A DNA stretch of 64,000 nt from Acidimicrobiales bacterium (GCA_049523315.1 JBEKMZ010000014.1:3763-67762); one strand, 5' to 3'; counted from the stretch's first letter, positions 26,582 to 36,648 are shown. The notes: generated from the sequence alone by a model not told the origin. Translations and numbers: made by a program.

Positions 26582-27694
26582 ATGATCGTCGGTGTGCCAT
26601 CCGAGGTAAAGGTCGCGGAGGGCCGGGTCGCTATCACTCCCGACGGCGTCCGCGAGCTGCGGGCGCTCGGTCACCAGGTACTCGTCGAGACGGGCGCCGG
26701 CAAGGGCTCGTCGCTCTCTGATGCGGACTTCGCGACGGCAGGCGCAACGCTCGTCGACGCGGCCACCGCCTGGTCAGCGCAGCTCGTCTGCAAGGTGAAA
26801 GAGCCGCAGGAGTCCGAGTTCGCCCACTTGCGCCCCGGCCTGGTGCTGTTCACCTACCTCCACCTCGCCGCCTACCCAGGGGTCGCCAAGGCCCTGCTCG
26901 AGTCGGAGACGACCGGGATCGCGTACGAGACCGTTCAGCTCCCCTCGGGCGACCTTCCTCTCCTCGCACCGATGAGCGAAGTCGCGGGACGGATAGCGAC
27001 CCAGGTAGGGGCGCATTTCCTCGAGGCTTCGCACGGCACCCGGGGAATCCTGCTCGGAGGCGTTCCCGGCGTGCGGCCGGCGCGCGTGGTGGTCATCGGG
27101 GCCGGCAACGTGGGCTGGAGTTCCGCCTGGATCGCCCAGGGCATGGAGGCCGAGGTCTTGCTGCTCGACCGTGACATCGCCCGGCTGCGGTGGGTGGACC
27201 AGATCCACCAGGGCCGGATCATGACCCTCGCCTCCAACCGCGGCTCGATCGAGCGCGCAATCTCCGAAGCCGACCTAGTCATCGGTGCCGTCCTCGTGGC
27301 CGGGGGAAGAGCCCCGGTCGTCATCACCGAGGAGATGGTCGCCGGGATGCGTCCGGGTGCGGTGATCGTCGACGTCGCGGTCGACCAGGGTGGCTGCGTC
27401 GAGACCACGCACGAGACAACCCATGAGGACCCCACATACTTCGTGCACGGCGTGCTCCACTACGCAGTCGGCAACATGCCCGCCGCGGTCCCTCACACCT
27501 CGACCTACGCCCTGACGAATGCCACTTTCCCGTACCTGCTCGACCTCGTCGAGCGCGGAGTGGACGCCGCGGTGGCCGCGGACCCGGTGCTGCGCGGCGG
27601 GCTCAACACAATGCACGGGAGCTGCGCGAACCAGGCTGTGGCCGAGGCCCTCGGCCTCGAGTTAGTCGACCCGCTCAAGCTGGTCTCGGCCTGA
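26582..27694 (+). CDS. ald: alanine dehydrogenase
   Basis: MIVGVPSEVKVAEGRVAITPDGVRELRALGHQVLVETGAGKGS and the NAD loop VVVIGAGNVG. 370 aa. GGAGG sits 7 nt upstream of the ATG. Confidence 0.95.
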   Translation: MIVGVPSEVKVAEGRVAITPDGVRELRALGHQVLVETGAGKGSSLSDADFATAGATLVDAATAWSAQLVCKVKEPQESEFAHLRPGLVLFTYLHLAAYPGVAKALLESETTGIAYETVQLPSGDLPLLAPMSEVAGRIATQVGAHFLEASHGTRGILLGGVPGVRPARVVVIGAGNVGWSSAWIAQGMEAEVLLLDRDIARLRWVDQIHQGRIMTLASNRGSIERAISEADLVIGAVLVAGGRAPVVITEEMVAGMRPGAVIVDVAVDQGGCVETTHETTHEDPTYFVHGVLHYAVGNMPAAVPHTSTYALTNATFPYLLDLVERGVDAAVAADPVLRGGLNTMHGSCANQAVAEALGLELVDPLKLVSA

Positions 27695-27748
27695 GCCAGG
27701 CCGCACGTCGCCACGAGAGCCATCCTCGGCGCCGGGGACGCCAAATGC

Positions 27749-28696
27749 TCAAGGAACGAGAACGATCTTGCCGTGGGTGTGGCCGGACATAAGTTCGCGG
27801 TGCGCGTCGGCCGCCTGACTGAGCGGATAGGCGCGGGCGACCCGGACCTTGAGCTTGCCGGCCTCGGCTTGGCGGAGCAGCTCCAAGCGCGCCGCGGCGC
27901 GGATCTCGGTTCCAGGATCGCCGCCGGGTCCGGCGCCGATGACCTTGAAGCCGAGTTCGACGCCTCGCTGGAAAGCGGCAATGGTGACGATCCGGCCGCG
28001 ATCGGAGACCAGCGCGACGCAGGCATCGACCGCCTCGTCGGTACCGACGGCGTCGAGCGCCGCGTCGACTCCGTCAGGGGCGAGGGCACGGACCCGCCCG
28101 ACGAGGCCGGCGCCGTAGCTCACCGGCTCGGCGCCGAGATCGCGAAGGTAGGCGTGAGTTGCCTCACCCGCCGTTCCGATGACGCGCGCCCCGCCATTGA
28201 CGGCGATCTGTACCGCCATCAGGCCGACCCCGCCCGCTGCCCCATGGATGAGCAGCGTGTCGCCGGCGCCGACGTGGATGACCTTGAGAGCGTGCACGGC
28301 GGTGCACCCGGTCAAGAGGAGCCCTGCCGCCTCCTCGAAGGAGTAGTTCGACGGCTTGGGGAGCACGCTCGAGGCGGGCACCACGACCTTGGATGCGTAG
28401 GCACCCTGGATCGGGTAGGCCATGACCTCGTCGCCCGGGTGGATGGGGCCCGAAGGCCCTTGCGCATCATCACCGACCGAGCTCACCACGCCGGCCGCCT
28501 CCAAGCCGAGACGCATGGGCAGCCGAGAGGGGTCGCTGCCGTAGGCGCCGCCGTAGAGCTTGTAGTCGACCGGGTTCGTGCCCGCCGCCCTCACCTCGAC
28601 CAGGACCTGGCCGGCCTGCGGCTCGGCCACCGGCTCGTCGATGACGGACAGGACCTCGGGCCCTCCGAACGCACTTGCCACGACAGTTGTAGCCAT
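27749..28696 (-). CDS. NADPH:quinone oxidoreductase / zinc-type MDR oxidoreductase
   Basis: ORF trimmed to the ATG at 28696 (MATTVVASAFGGPEVLSVIDEPVAEPQAGQVLVEVRAAGTNPVDYKLY) and LIHGAAGGVGLMAVQIA. Confidence 0.88.
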   Translation of the reverse strand: MATTVVASAFGGPEVLSVIDEPVAEPQAGQVLVEVRAAGTNPVDYKLYGGAYGSDPSRLPMRLGLEAAGVVSSVGDDAQGPSGPIHPGDEVMAYPIQGAYASKVVVPASSVLPKPSNYSFEEAAGLLLTGCTAVHALKVIHVGAGDTLLIHGAAGGVGLMAVQIAVNGGARVIGTAGEATHAYLRDLGAEPVSYGAGLVGRVRALAPDGVDAALDAVGTDEAVDACVALVSDRGRIVTIAAFQRGVELGFKVIGAGPGGDPGTEIRAAARLELLRQAEAGKLKVRVARAYPLSQAADAHRELMSGHTHGKIVLVP

Positions 28697-28798
28697 GGTG
28701 GTAGCAACTGGAGGCGAATCCCGCCTATTCCTGTTGTCTTCAGCCACACGCGCTCACTGAGCGCCTTGAGTCGAGGGCGACGACGCGCCTATGACTTG

Positions 28799-29599
28799 TC
28801 ACCCGCCGAGTGGCGCCCGCTCGAGCTGCAGCTGTGTCTCGGCCGCGACGAAGCCGACCGCCCGGTATAGATCGACGGCGAAATAGTCGGGGTCAGCCAC
28901 CATGACAAGTGTCCGGGCACCGAGCTCGTCGAAGCCGTAGCGGCTGGCGTGGTGGACGAGCGACCCGGCCAGGCCACGGCGCCTGAACTCCGGGTCGGTC
29001 TCGACCGACTGGAAGCGTGCGAGCCCGGCGCCGGCGGAGAACAGGCCCATGTGTGCGACGAGCCTGGCCTCGAGGAAGGCGCCGAACCACGCTCCATGAC
29101 CGGCCTCGACGAGCTGTCGACTGGTCCTCACCTTCGCCGCGGCGTAACGGCGGTACGACACCACCTCGAGGGACTGCTCGTTGCACCGCGTCCTGAGCTC
29201 GATGCACTGTGCCCAGTCCTCCTCCGAGGCCAAGCAGCGGAGCACGGCGTCGGAGTTTGGGTGCGCGGGCTCGTGGACCCGGGTCGCTGTCATCACCGTC
29301 GCCGCCTCCGCGCAAAAGCCGCGTTCTTGGAACCAGCTGAGCTCGTCCGCTCTGGACTCGGCGCCGTCGAAGCCCAGCGCGACGTGCCTAGCTGCCGGGA
29401 ACGCTGCCGCGAAGCGGTTCAGCCACGCCCCGCAGTCCTGAGGAGCCGGCACCTCAGCCAAAAGGAGGAAATTGCCCCACCAGTGGGTCGGGTTGTGTGG
29501 GCTGCGAACGACGAGATGGTCGCCCCGGTCCTCGACCTCGGTCCCGCCGCGTCGCAAGAGGGCGAGATCGGTCCGGTACCCCAGCGAGACCACGTCCAC
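28799..29599 (-). CDS. GNAT-family N-acetyltransferase
   Basis: 266 aa. FQSVETDPEFRRRGLAGSLVHHASRYGF (acetyl-CoA-binding motif A) near the C-terminus. Confidence 0.7.
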   Translation of the reverse strand: MDVVSLGYRTDLALLRRGGTEVEDRGDHLVVRSPHNPTHWWGNFLLLAEVPAPQDCGAWLNRFAAAFPAARHVALGFDGAESRADELSWFQERGFCAEAATVMTATRVHEPAHPNSDAVLRCLASEEDWAQCIELRTRCNEQSLEVVSYRRYAAAKVRTSRQLVEAGHGAWFGAFLEARLVAHMGLFSAGAGLARFQSVETDPEFRRRGLAGSLVHHASRYGFDELGARTLVMVADPDYFAVDLYRAVGFVAAETQLQLERAPLGG

Positions 29600-29647
29600 G
29601 CAAGGACCGTAGGCGAGCCATGGCCTTGTTCGAAAGCGGACTTGGGC

Positions 29648-30395
29648 TCAAGAGACGGGCCGCCTTATCCACACGAGGCTGACCGCCCCGAGCACGACCG
29701 CGAGGCCGAGGAAGATCGCTGTTTCGTACCATTGCATCGGCAAGTAGCGGCTGCGCGGCTGATAGGTCAACAGTTCCTGGAGCTTGGCGGCGATGTGGGC
29801 GGTGCAAGCTTGGGCGTTGAACTCGCCGGTCGTGGCGTTGAGGGGCAGGCGTGGTTGAGGAACGCCTGCGTGGGGGCGCGACCCGCTTTGTCGACGATGT
29901 TGTTCGAATAGACCCAGGCATTGGGCATGATCCCTCTCGCCGTACCGACCAGCTTCACGCCCGGCGGCGTGTCGTCAAAGCCAATCGGGGAGGCCGAGGT
30001 GATCGCCATGGTCTTATGCAGTGGCGTGAACACATACGGGCGCACCCAACGGGTCACGATCTCGCGGGTGGCGGCGAAGCCGGCGAGCGCGATCGCCATC
30101 GCCGGAAGCATCCGGCGGATAAGAGCCCGGCGGCGAGCCCGAGCACGAATGCGAACGCGCCGTAGCCAATCGGGACGATGCCACGCACGCTGAAGCTCAG
30201 CGGATTGAAGATTTGCCCGTTCACGAGGTCGAGGTCGCTCGACCACCAGGTCACGATCAAGCTCAGCAGCCCCGCGACCGCCATGGCCGCGAAGGCGCCC
30301 AAGCCGAGCTTGACGACCAGCCAGCGGGTGCGCCTCACGCCCTGGGTCCATGCCAGGCGGAAGGTGCCGGCCTCGAACTCGCGACCCCGAGCATA
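29648..30395 (-). pseudogene. decayed ABC-2-type transporter permease (5'-truncated, at least two frameshifts)
   Basis: Three minus-strand frames each carry a consecutive piece of one membrane protein. Piece 1 is REFEAGTFRLAWTQGVRRTRWLVVKLGL...VRGIVPIGYGAFAFVLGLAAGL. Piece 2 is LIRRMLPAMAIALAGFAATREIV...NAWVYSNNIVDKAGRAPTQAFLNHACP. Piece 3 is LNATTGEFNAQACTAHIAAKLQELLTYQPRSRYLPMQWYETAIFLGLAVVLGAVSLVWIRRPVS-stop. The junctions lie near 30117-30130 and 29835-29850. No N-terminal membrane region and no ATPase partner are present. Confidence 0.6.
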
Positions 30396-30500
30396 TGGTG
30401 GTCGGCGCCGGGGGCGCGCCTGCGGCACTTGGACGACCGGACGCGGACCCGGCGAGGGGTTGAGCCGGCAGGGGGGCTCCGGCCTGTAACAATCGGTGCC

Positions 30501-30827
30501 GTGCCCCGACGCTCCCCCGACCGTAAGTCGCACGGTGAGAGCGCGGCGGGGCGCGGCGGGCGCAAGAGCCGCGGCGGAGCGCTCGGCTGGGCGCTCAGGG
30601 GCGAGAGCTCCTTCGTGGAGGACCCTTTGAGCCTCGGCACAGCCGAGATTCGCCGGATCCAGCCCTACCAGGCGGACAAGACCTACATATGCCCCGGCTG
30701 CAACCAGGAGATACGCCCCGGCACCGGCCATCTCGTCGTCGTTCCTCTCTCGGACCCCGGCGGCAGGCGCCACTGGCACTCGCCCTGCTGGGAACACCGG
30801 GAAAGGCGACGGCCGACCGGACGCTGA
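30501..30827 (+). CDS. small conserved zinc-ribbon-like protein
   Basis: C-terminal part of ORF 30213..30827: IRRIQPYQADKTYICPGCNQEIRPGTGHLVVVPLSDPGGRRHWHSPCWEHR (CxxC ... H-x2-C). I recall similar small actinobacterial proteins, often annotated as ATP/GTP-binding. The GTG start at 30501 is tentative. Confidence 0.55.
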   Translation: MPRRSPDRKSHGESAAGRGGRKSRGGALGWALRGESSFVEDPLSLGTAEIRRIQPYQADKTYICPGCNQEIRPGTGHLVVVPLSDPGGRRHWHSPCWEHRERRRPTGR

Positions 30828-30879
30828 GGCGCGAGCCAAAGATGATCGAGAGACGAGCCGGCCGGGCAGGGCGCCGCCG

Positions 30880-31176
30880 TCAGACCTCGTCTTTGGGCAG
30901 TGCCTCTACGTTCACGTCTTTGTAGGTGACCACGTGCACCGAGGAGACGAAGCGCGCCTGGCGGTACATGTCCCAGACCCAGGCGTCACTGAGCTCGACT
31001 TCGAAGTACGTAGCCCCCGGGCCAGACTGAGGCGTGACCTTGACGTTGTTGGCCAGGTAGAAGCGGCGCTCGGTCTCCACGACGTAGCGGAACATCGGGA
31101 ACACGGCGCGGTACTCGCGGTAGAGCTCCAGCTCCACCTCGGCTTCGAACTGGTCGAGGTCCTCTTCGGCACTCAT
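30880..31176 (-). CDS. DUF2469 domain-containing protein
   Basis: MSAEEDLDQFEAEVELELYREYRAVFPMFRYVVETERRFYLANNVKV... is the conserved actinobacterial family usually found next to rplS/lepB. Confidence 0.85.
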   Translation of the reverse strand: MSAEEDLDQFEAEVELELYREYRAVFPMFRYVVETERRFYLANNVKVTPQSGPGATYFEVELSDAWVWDMYRQARFVSSVHVVTYKDVNVEALPKDEV

Positions 31177-31194
31177 AGCCGCTCGCAACCCGCC

Positions 31195-31545
31195 TCAGCG
31201 GACGTCGCGCTTCTCCTTGATCTTCGCGGCCTTGCCCGAGCGGTCGCGCAAGTAGTACAGCTTCGCACGCCGGACATCACCCTCGGTGACACGCTCGATC
31301 TTGGCGATGATCGGCGAGTGGACCGGGAAGGTCCGCTCGACGCCGACACCGAAGCTGACTTTGCGCACCGTGAAGGTCTCGCGGATGCCAGAGCCCTGAC
31401 GCCGGATGGCGGCGCCCTGGAAGACCTGCACACGCTCCCTGTTGCCTTCGACGACCCGCACATGCACCTTCAAGGTGTCGCCGGGGCGGAACTCGGGAAT
31501 GTCGTCGCGAAGGCTCTCGCGGTCGACCAGGTCGGTGGGGTTCAT
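31195..31545 (-). CDS. rplS: 50S ribosomal protein L19
   Basis: 116 aa. [60 protein letters not shown]. The ATG shares one base with the trmD TAA (TAATG). Confidence 0.97.
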   Translation of the reverse strand: MNPTDLVDRESLRDDIPEFRPGDTLKVHVRVVEGNRERVQVFQGAAIRRQGSGIRETFTVRKVSFGVGVERTFPVHSPIIAKIERVTEGDVRRAKLYYLRDRSGKAAKIKEKRDVR

Positions 31546-32441
31546 TACAGGTCACGCTCCTCGAGGCGATCGGACGGGTCGCCGGCCCTCTGCCGGTTGC
31601 CGGACTCGGAGTCCGGCCGCTCGGCTCGTCCCGTTCCGTGGGCACCTAGAGGATAGCCGTGCTCGACGAGGAGCCGCACCTCGGCTTGCGAGAGGCCCCC
31701 TCGCACCTCTAACAGGTCCGGCCGCAGCTCGAGCGTGCGCCAGAGCGCCGCGGCCCTGCGCCAGCGCTCGACCCGGCCGTGGTCGCCCCCACGCAGGACC
31801 TCTGGCACCTCCCAGCCCCGGAAGACCGCCGGGCGGGTGTACTGCGGGTACTCGAGGAGCCCGGTCGTGAAGCTCTCGTCGCCGGCCGAGGCGTCATTGC
31901 CGAGCACGCCCGGGACGAGCCGGACCGTCGCCTCGACGACGACGAGTGCCGCCAGCTCGCCACCTGCGAGGACGTAGTCCCCCACGGAGAGCTCGCCGTC
32001 GGCGAGGTGGTCGGAGATCCGCTGGTCCACCCCCTCGTAGCGCCCGCAGAGGAGCGAGAAAGCCGGAACGCTGCCGGCGGGGCCTCGAGGGCCGGCCAGC
32101 TCGGCCGCGACCGTCTGGTCGAATCGCCGGCCTCCCGGCGCGAGCAGGTACAGCGGTCGTGGGGGGTCGATGAGCTCGACGGCCCCGAATACCGGCTCGG
32201 GCGCGAAGACCATCCCCGGGCCGCCGCCAAAGGGGGCGTCGTCCACGCCGCGGTGGGGATCGCTCGCCGCCACGCGGAGATCGTGCACTCGGACGTCCAC
32301 GAGCCCTTCACGCCGGGCCCGACCGACAACGCTCGTCATGCAGTAGGCATCGACAGCCTCGGGGAAGATGGTGAAAACGTCTATGCGCAGGGCTGGTGGG
32401 GCACCGGGCTGCTCCCCGGCGGTCGCGGTCGGCTCGCTCAA
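31545..32441 (-). CDS. trmD: tRNA (guanine37-N1)-methyltransferase
   Basis: [30 protein letters not shown]..., [11 protein letters not shown] and [15 protein letters not shown]. About 50 aa of C-terminal extension. ATGA overlap with the rimM stop. Confidence 0.93.
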   Translation of the reverse strand: MSEPTATAGEQPGAPPALRIDVFTIFPEAVDAYCMTSVVGRARREGLVDVRVHDLRVAASDPHRGVDDAPFGGGPGMVFAPEPVFGAVELIDPPRPLYLLAPGGRRFDQTVAAELAGPRGPAGSVPAFSLLCGRYEGVDQRISDHLADGELSVGDYVLAGGELAALVVVEATVRLVPGVLGNDASAGDESFTTGLLEYPQYTRPAVFRGWEVPEVLRGGDHGRVERWRRAAALWRTLELRPDLLEVRGGLSQAEVRLLVEHGYPLGAHGTGRAERPDSESGNRQRAGDPSDRLEERDL

Positions 32442-32965
32442 TCGAACAGCCCCACCGGCGCGTCGACTATGAGGCGGCCGTCCTCTCGGCCGACCACGAA
32501 CCTGAGCGGGACAAGGTTCCCGTCCTCCATGACAAGAAGGTCGCTCGCCGGGTTCGCCTGCACGGCGACGACTGTCCCCCGAGGCGTCCCATCGACCTCG
32601 ATGACCTCGCTCCCGACGAGATCGTGCACGAAGAGCGAGTCAGGGTCCTCGACCGCCGGGGCGAACAGGAGCGCCTCGCGCAGCTCGTCGGCGGCCTCCC
32701 GGGTTTGGACGCCCTCGAATTGGACCAGGTAGCGCCCCTGAAAGGGCCTAGAGCTGCGTACCTTGAGAACCCGTGCCACCACCGGGGGGGCGCTGGCGGG
32801 GCTCGCGGACGGCCGACAGGTCAGCTCTGTGCACGGGGCGAGCCGCTCGGTGCGATTGGTGACGAGGGAGACGACGACCTCGCCGGTCAACCCGTGAGGG
32901 CGTGCGATCCGGCCCACCTCGAGCAGTGGCTGCAGGTTCTCGTCGCCACCGGCGAGCGGCGTCAT
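32438..32965 (-). CDS. rimM: 16S rRNA processing protein RimM
   Basis: ORF trimmed to the ATG at 32965 (MTPLAGGDENLQPLLEVGRIARPHGLTGEVVVSLVTNRTERL). C-terminal PRC-barrel part. Confidence 0.9.
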   Translation of the reverse strand: MTPLAGGDENLQPLLEVGRIARPHGLTGEVVVSLVTNRTERLAPCTELTCRPSASPASAPPVVARVLKVRSSRPFQGRYLVQFEGVQTREAADELREALLFAPAVEDPDSLFVHDLVGSEVIEVDGTPRGTVVAVQANPASDLLVMEDGNLVPLRFVVGREDGRLIVDAPVGLFD

Positions 32966-32972
32966 CTCGTGC

Positions 32973-33488
32973 TCAGTCGACGATGTCGACCGACGCCTCC
33001 TGGCTGTCGCGGGCGGCTGCGGCGCGCACGAGGGTGCGCAGCGCCTGCGCGGTCCGTCCACGACGGCCGATGATCCGCCCCATGTCGCCTTGGGCGACGT
33101 GAAGGGCGAGGTGGATACCACTGCGGGTCTCGGATACCTCGACTGCTACACCTTCGGGGTCATCGACGATGGAGCGGGCGACGTGCTCGAGCACCGAACG
33201 GGCGGTGCCGCCTGCGACACGGTTGCCGGCGTCGTCCTCCTCGGTCTCGTGCGCGACCTGCGAGCCCTCCACGCTGGCCTCGTCGCCTTCGTCGAGGTCG
33301 TCGTCCTCATCGAGCTCGCCGTCCTCATCGTCGTCGTTGTCCTCGTCTTCCTCACCCTCGTCGAACTCGTCCTCGGGGCCGTCTGTTTCGTCGTCGTCGT
33401 AGTCCTCGGCGCCTTCGGCCTCGGGGGTCTGAAGCGCGCTGAAGTCCGGCTCGGCGAAAGGGTTGCTTCCGGTGTCTGTCATGTCCAT
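32973..33488 (-). CDS. KH-domain RNA-binding protein (YlqC/UPF0109-like) with a ~90-aa polyacidic N-terminal extension
   Basis: The C-terminal ~75 aa, ARSVLEHVARSIVDDPEGVAVEVSETRSGIHLALHVAQGDMGRIIGRRGRTAQALRTLV, form the KH domain (GxxG as GRRG). The N-terminus is DYDDDETDGPEDEFDEGEEDEDNDDDEDGELDEDDDLDEGDE. Confidence 0.85.
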   Translation of the reverse strand: MDMTDTGSNPFAEPDFSALQTPEAEGAEDYDDDETDGPEDEFDEGEEDEDNDDDEDGELDEDDDLDEGDEASVEGSQVAHETEEDDAGNRVAGGTARSVLEHVARSIVDDPEGVAVEVSETRSGIHLALHVAQGDMGRIIGRRGRTAQALRTLVRAAAARDSQEASVDIVD

Positions 33489-33490
33489 CC

Positions 33491-33925
33491 TCAGCTTTCG
33501 GCTTCGGCTTCGCCGGCGGGAGCCTCTGTCGCCGCCGCGGCCGACTTGGTGGCAGCCTTCGTAGCCGCCGCCTTCTTCGCAGGTGCCTTCTTGGCGGGAG
33601 CCTTCTTGGCAGGAGAGGTCGCGCGGCCCGGACGCGCGTAGCGCTGGGAGACCTCTTTCGCCGGCCGGGTCGACTCAAACTGCTCCCAGGCTCCCGAGAC
33701 GACGAGCAGCTTGCGCACGGTCTCGGTCGGCTGGGCGCCCTTGGCGAGCCATCCGAGAACGCGGGCGTTGTCGATCTGGATCGTGGACGGTTCCATGCGG
33801 GGCTCGTAGGTCCCGACGGCCTCTATGAACCTCCCGTCGCGCGGGGATCGGCTGTCGGCCACGACGACGCGGTAGGTGGGCTGCTTCTTCTTGCCCATGC
33901 GCATGAGGCGGAGCTTGACGGTCAC
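33491..33925 (-). CDS. rpsP: 30S ribosomal protein S16
   Basis: [42 protein letters not shown], plus an actinobacterial-style Ala/Lys-rich tail ([19 protein letters not shown]). Confidence 0.95.
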   Translation of the reverse strand: MTVKLRLMRMGKKKQPTYRVVVADSRSPRDGRFIEAVGTYEPRMEPSTIQIDNARVLGWLAKGAQPTETVRKLLVVSGAWEQFESTRPAKEVSQRYARPGRATSPAKKAPAKKAPAKKAAATKAATKSAAAATEAPAGEAEAES

Positions 33926-33957
33926 GGAGTTTCTTCCTTCTTTCGTGGTGGAGACGA

Positions 33958-35358
33958 CTAGCGGGGCGGGCCGAGGCCCTTGGAGGACGGGGTCACCCGG
34001 CCGCCCTTGAGCTTCTTGCGGCCGCCCTTAGCGGACTTGGCCTTGTTGCCGGGACGTCCGGCGCCTGCGAGCTTTGACATCGGCCCGACACCGCGGATCA
34101 TCTTCTGCATCTCCTTGAACTGCCGGAGGAGATTGTTGACCTCTGTGGTGGACGTGCCGCTCCCGCGTGCGATCCTGAGCCGGCGCGAGCCGTCGAGCAC
34201 GGTCGGGTCGGCGCGCTCTAGGGGCGTCATCGAGCAGATGATCGCCTCTACCTTGCCGACATCGCGCTCGTCGACCTTGGCGTCACGCATCTCTTTGGGA
34301 ATGCCAGGCATCATCGACAAAAGGCCGGTGAGCGGGCCCATCTTCTTTATCTGGCGCAGCTGATCGAGGAAGTCGTCGAGGGTGAACCTGCCGGACTGCA
34401 GCCGCTCGAGGGCCTGGCCGGCGACCTCCTCGTCGTACTCGCGCTCGGCCTTCTCAATGAGGCTGAGCACGTCGCCCATCCCGAGGATCCGGCTCGCGAG
34501 CCTGTCGGGATGGAAGATCTCGAAGTCCGCAACCCGCTCCCCGGTCGAGAGAAAGGCGATCGGGGAGCCCACGACCTGCTTGACCGATAGCGCGGCGCCG
34601 CCCCGGGCGTCGCCGTCGACCTTGGTCAAGATGATGCCGTCGAGCTGCAACGCCTGATGGAAGGCCTCGGCGGTCTGGACAGCGTCCTGACCGGTCATGG
34701 CGTCAACGACGAAGAAGCTGTAGTGCGGACTCACGGCCGCGGACACACGTCGGACCTCGTCCATGAGCTCCCGGTCGATCGCGAGACGACCGGCGGTGTC
34801 GACGATGACGACGTCGCGCCCGAGCCGCTCCGCCTCTGCTAGGCCGTGGCGGGCGACGCTCACGGGATCAGTCGGCTCGGAGAAGACCCCGACGCCGATC
34901 TCAGCCCCGAGCACGCGCAGCTGTTCGACCGCGGCCGGTCGTTGCAGGTCGGCACCGATCAGGTACGGGTGGCGGCCCTGCTGGCGGAACCACTGCGCCA
35001 ACTTGGCCGACGCCGTGGTCTTGCCGGAGCCCTGCAGGCCGGCGAGGAGCACTACGGTGGGCGGCCTCGAGGCGTAGGTGATCTTAAGCGCCTCGCCGCC
35101 CAGGGTGGTCGTCAGCTCCTCGTTGACGACCTTTATGACCTGTTGGGCAGGCGTAAGGTACTTGGCGAGCTCGGCTCCGCTGCAGCGAACCCGGATCCTC
35201 TCAATGAGATCCTGCGCGACTGCGAGGTTGACGTCGGCTTCCAATAGGGCGACGCGGATCTCGCGAAGCACCTCGGCGACCTCGGCGTCGCCGAGTCGCC
35301 CCCGGCCGCGAAGGCGCGTGAGGATGGCGTCGAAGCGATCTGTGAGCGTGTCGAACAT
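33958..35358 (-). CDS. ffh: signal recognition particle protein Ffh
   Basis: 466 aa. N and G domains ([33 protein letters not shown]) and a Met-rich M domain. Confidence 0.97.
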   Translation of the reverse strand: MFDTLTDRFDAILTRLRGRGRLGDAEVAEVLREIRVALLEADVNLAVAQDLIERIRVRCSGAELAKYLTPAQQVIKVVNEELTTTLGGEALKITYASRPPTVVLLAGLQGSGKTTASAKLAQWFRQQGRHPYLIGADLQRPAAVEQLRVLGAEIGVGVFSEPTDPVSVARHGLAEAERLGRDVVIVDTAGRLAIDRELMDEVRRVSAAVSPHYSFFVVDAMTGQDAVQTAEAFHQALQLDGIILTKVDGDARGGAALSVKQVVGSPIAFLSTGERVADFEIFHPDRLASRILGMGDVLSLIEKAEREYDEEVAGQALERLQSGRFTLDDFLDQLRQIKKMGPLTGLLSMMPGIPKEMRDAKVDERDVGKVEAIICSMTPLERADPTVLDGSRRLRIARGSGTSTTEVNNLLRQFKEMQKMIRGVGPMSKLAGAGRPGNKAKSAKGGRKKLKGGRVTPSSKGLGPPR

Positions 35359-35424
35359 CGGCCAGACCAGGTTAGTCGGGCGGCGACCCCGTCACCGAGG
35401 CGTGAGCGGCGACGATCAAGCTCC

Positions 35425-36585
35425 TCAACCGAACAGGGCGGCGACGAACTCCGCCGGGTCGAACGGCACCAGGTCCGCCGGCCCTTCCCCGACCCCGACG
35501 AGCTTGATGGGCAGGCCAAGCTCGGAGCGAATCGCGAGTACAACCCCGCCTTTGGCCGTGCCGTCGAGCTTGGTCAGCACGATGCCGGTCACCCCGACCG
35601 TGTCGGTGAACTGACGGGCCTGTACCACGCCGTTCTGGCCCGTCGTGGCGTCGAGCACGAGCAGCACCTCGGTCAGCTGCCCGGGGGGCCGCTCGGCGAC
35701 GCGGCGCACCTTGCGCAGCTCGTCCATCAGGTTCACCTTGGTGTGCAGACGCCCCGCCGTGTCCGCCAGGACCAGACCCGCTCCGCGCGAGGCGGCGTGC
35801 TGGACGGCGTCAAAGATCACAGACGACGGGTCCGCCCCATCGGACCCCCTCACGATCCGTGCCTGGGCACGGTCGGCCCAGGACTCGAGCTGCTCCCCGG
35901 CAGCCGCCCTGAAGGTGTCCCCAGCCGCGAGGACGACGCTGCGGCCGGCTTGTGACTGCGCGAGCGCGAGCTTGCCGATCGTGGTTGTCTTGCCGACCCC
36001 GTTCACCCCGACGAAGAGCCACACAGTCGGCCCTTCGCCGGCGCCGAAGGAGAGGGAGCCGTCGTCGCCCTCGAACATCGAGACGAGGTCTGCCTGCAGG
36101 GCCTGCAGGAGGGCAGCCGGGTCCGTCGCGGAGACGGCGCCGGAGCGCACCTTTGCCCGGAGGTCGTTCAAGATCCGTGTCGTGGTCGTGATGCCCACGT
36201 CCGCGAGGATGAGCGCCTCCTCGAGCTCCTCAAAAGTCGCGTCGTCGATACCTTTGCGCCCGCGGACCCCGTCGAGGTAACCCGCCAGCAAGCCGCGGGC
36301 GCGACCGAGCCTGTCCCTTAAAGCTGGGCGCCCGAGCGGTTCTTGAAGCAGTTGGGCATGTTCCTGCGCCGGTGCCTCGGCTACAGGCGCGTCCTCGGGG
36401 ACCGGTGGCGCGACCGTGGTGGGCGCCGGCTCTTGCCGAGGCACGGGGGGCTCTGGGGCTCGCGCCAGCGGTGGTGCGCCGGCGCCGAGGGCCGGGCCAC
36501 GCCGGGGTGAGCGCTTGCCCAGCACGAGCCCGGCCGAGGCGAGCAGGACGACGGCAATGACAACGAGGACGATCACGAGAACCAT
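35425..36585 (-). CDS. ftsY: signal recognition particle receptor FtsY
   Basis: N-terminal hydrophobic anchor (MVLVIVLVVIAVVLLASAGLVLG), a Pro/Ala-rich linker, and an NG domain (FVGVNGVGKTTTIGKLA, DTAGRLH, TKLDGTAKGG). Confidence 0.93.
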   Translation of the reverse strand: MVLVIVLVVIAVVLLASAGLVLGKRSPRRGPALGAGAPPLARAPEPPVPRQEPAPTTVAPPVPEDAPVAEAPAQEHAQLLQEPLGRPALRDRLGRARGLLAGYLDGVRGRKGIDDATFEELEEALILADVGITTTTRILNDLRAKVRSGAVSATDPAALLQALQADLVSMFEGDDGSLSFGAGEGPTVWLFVGVNGVGKTTTIGKLALAQSQAGRSVVLAAGDTFRAAAGEQLESWADRAQARIVRGSDGADPSSVIFDAVQHAASRGAGLVLADTAGRLHTKVNLMDELRKVRRVAERPPGQLTEVLLVLDATTGQNGVVQARQFTDTVGVTGIVLTKLDGTAKGGVVLAIRSELGLPIKLVGVGEGPADLVPFDPAEFVAALFG

Positions 36586-36648
36586 GCGGTGCGCAGACTA
36601 CCGGGCCGGAGCCACCGAGCCGAAGGCCAAACGGGTGCTGGCGCCCGG

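Noticed and set aside
30054-30839. 261-aa minus-strand ORF taken as an intact protein
   Set aside because: Only its C-terminal ~90 aa (from REFEAGT) look like a real membrane protein. The N-terminal ~150 aa are antisense to the plus-strand zinc-ribbon gene and have junk composition. I reinterpreted it as one fragment of the frameshifted ABC-2 permease.
33230-33470. Repetitive GAC/GAG/GAA-rich DNA considered as a possible tandem repeat or CRISPR-like array
   Set aside because: It is an imperfect codon-level repeat that encodes the polyacidic tail of the KH protein. There are no spacer-repeat periodicity and no cas genes.
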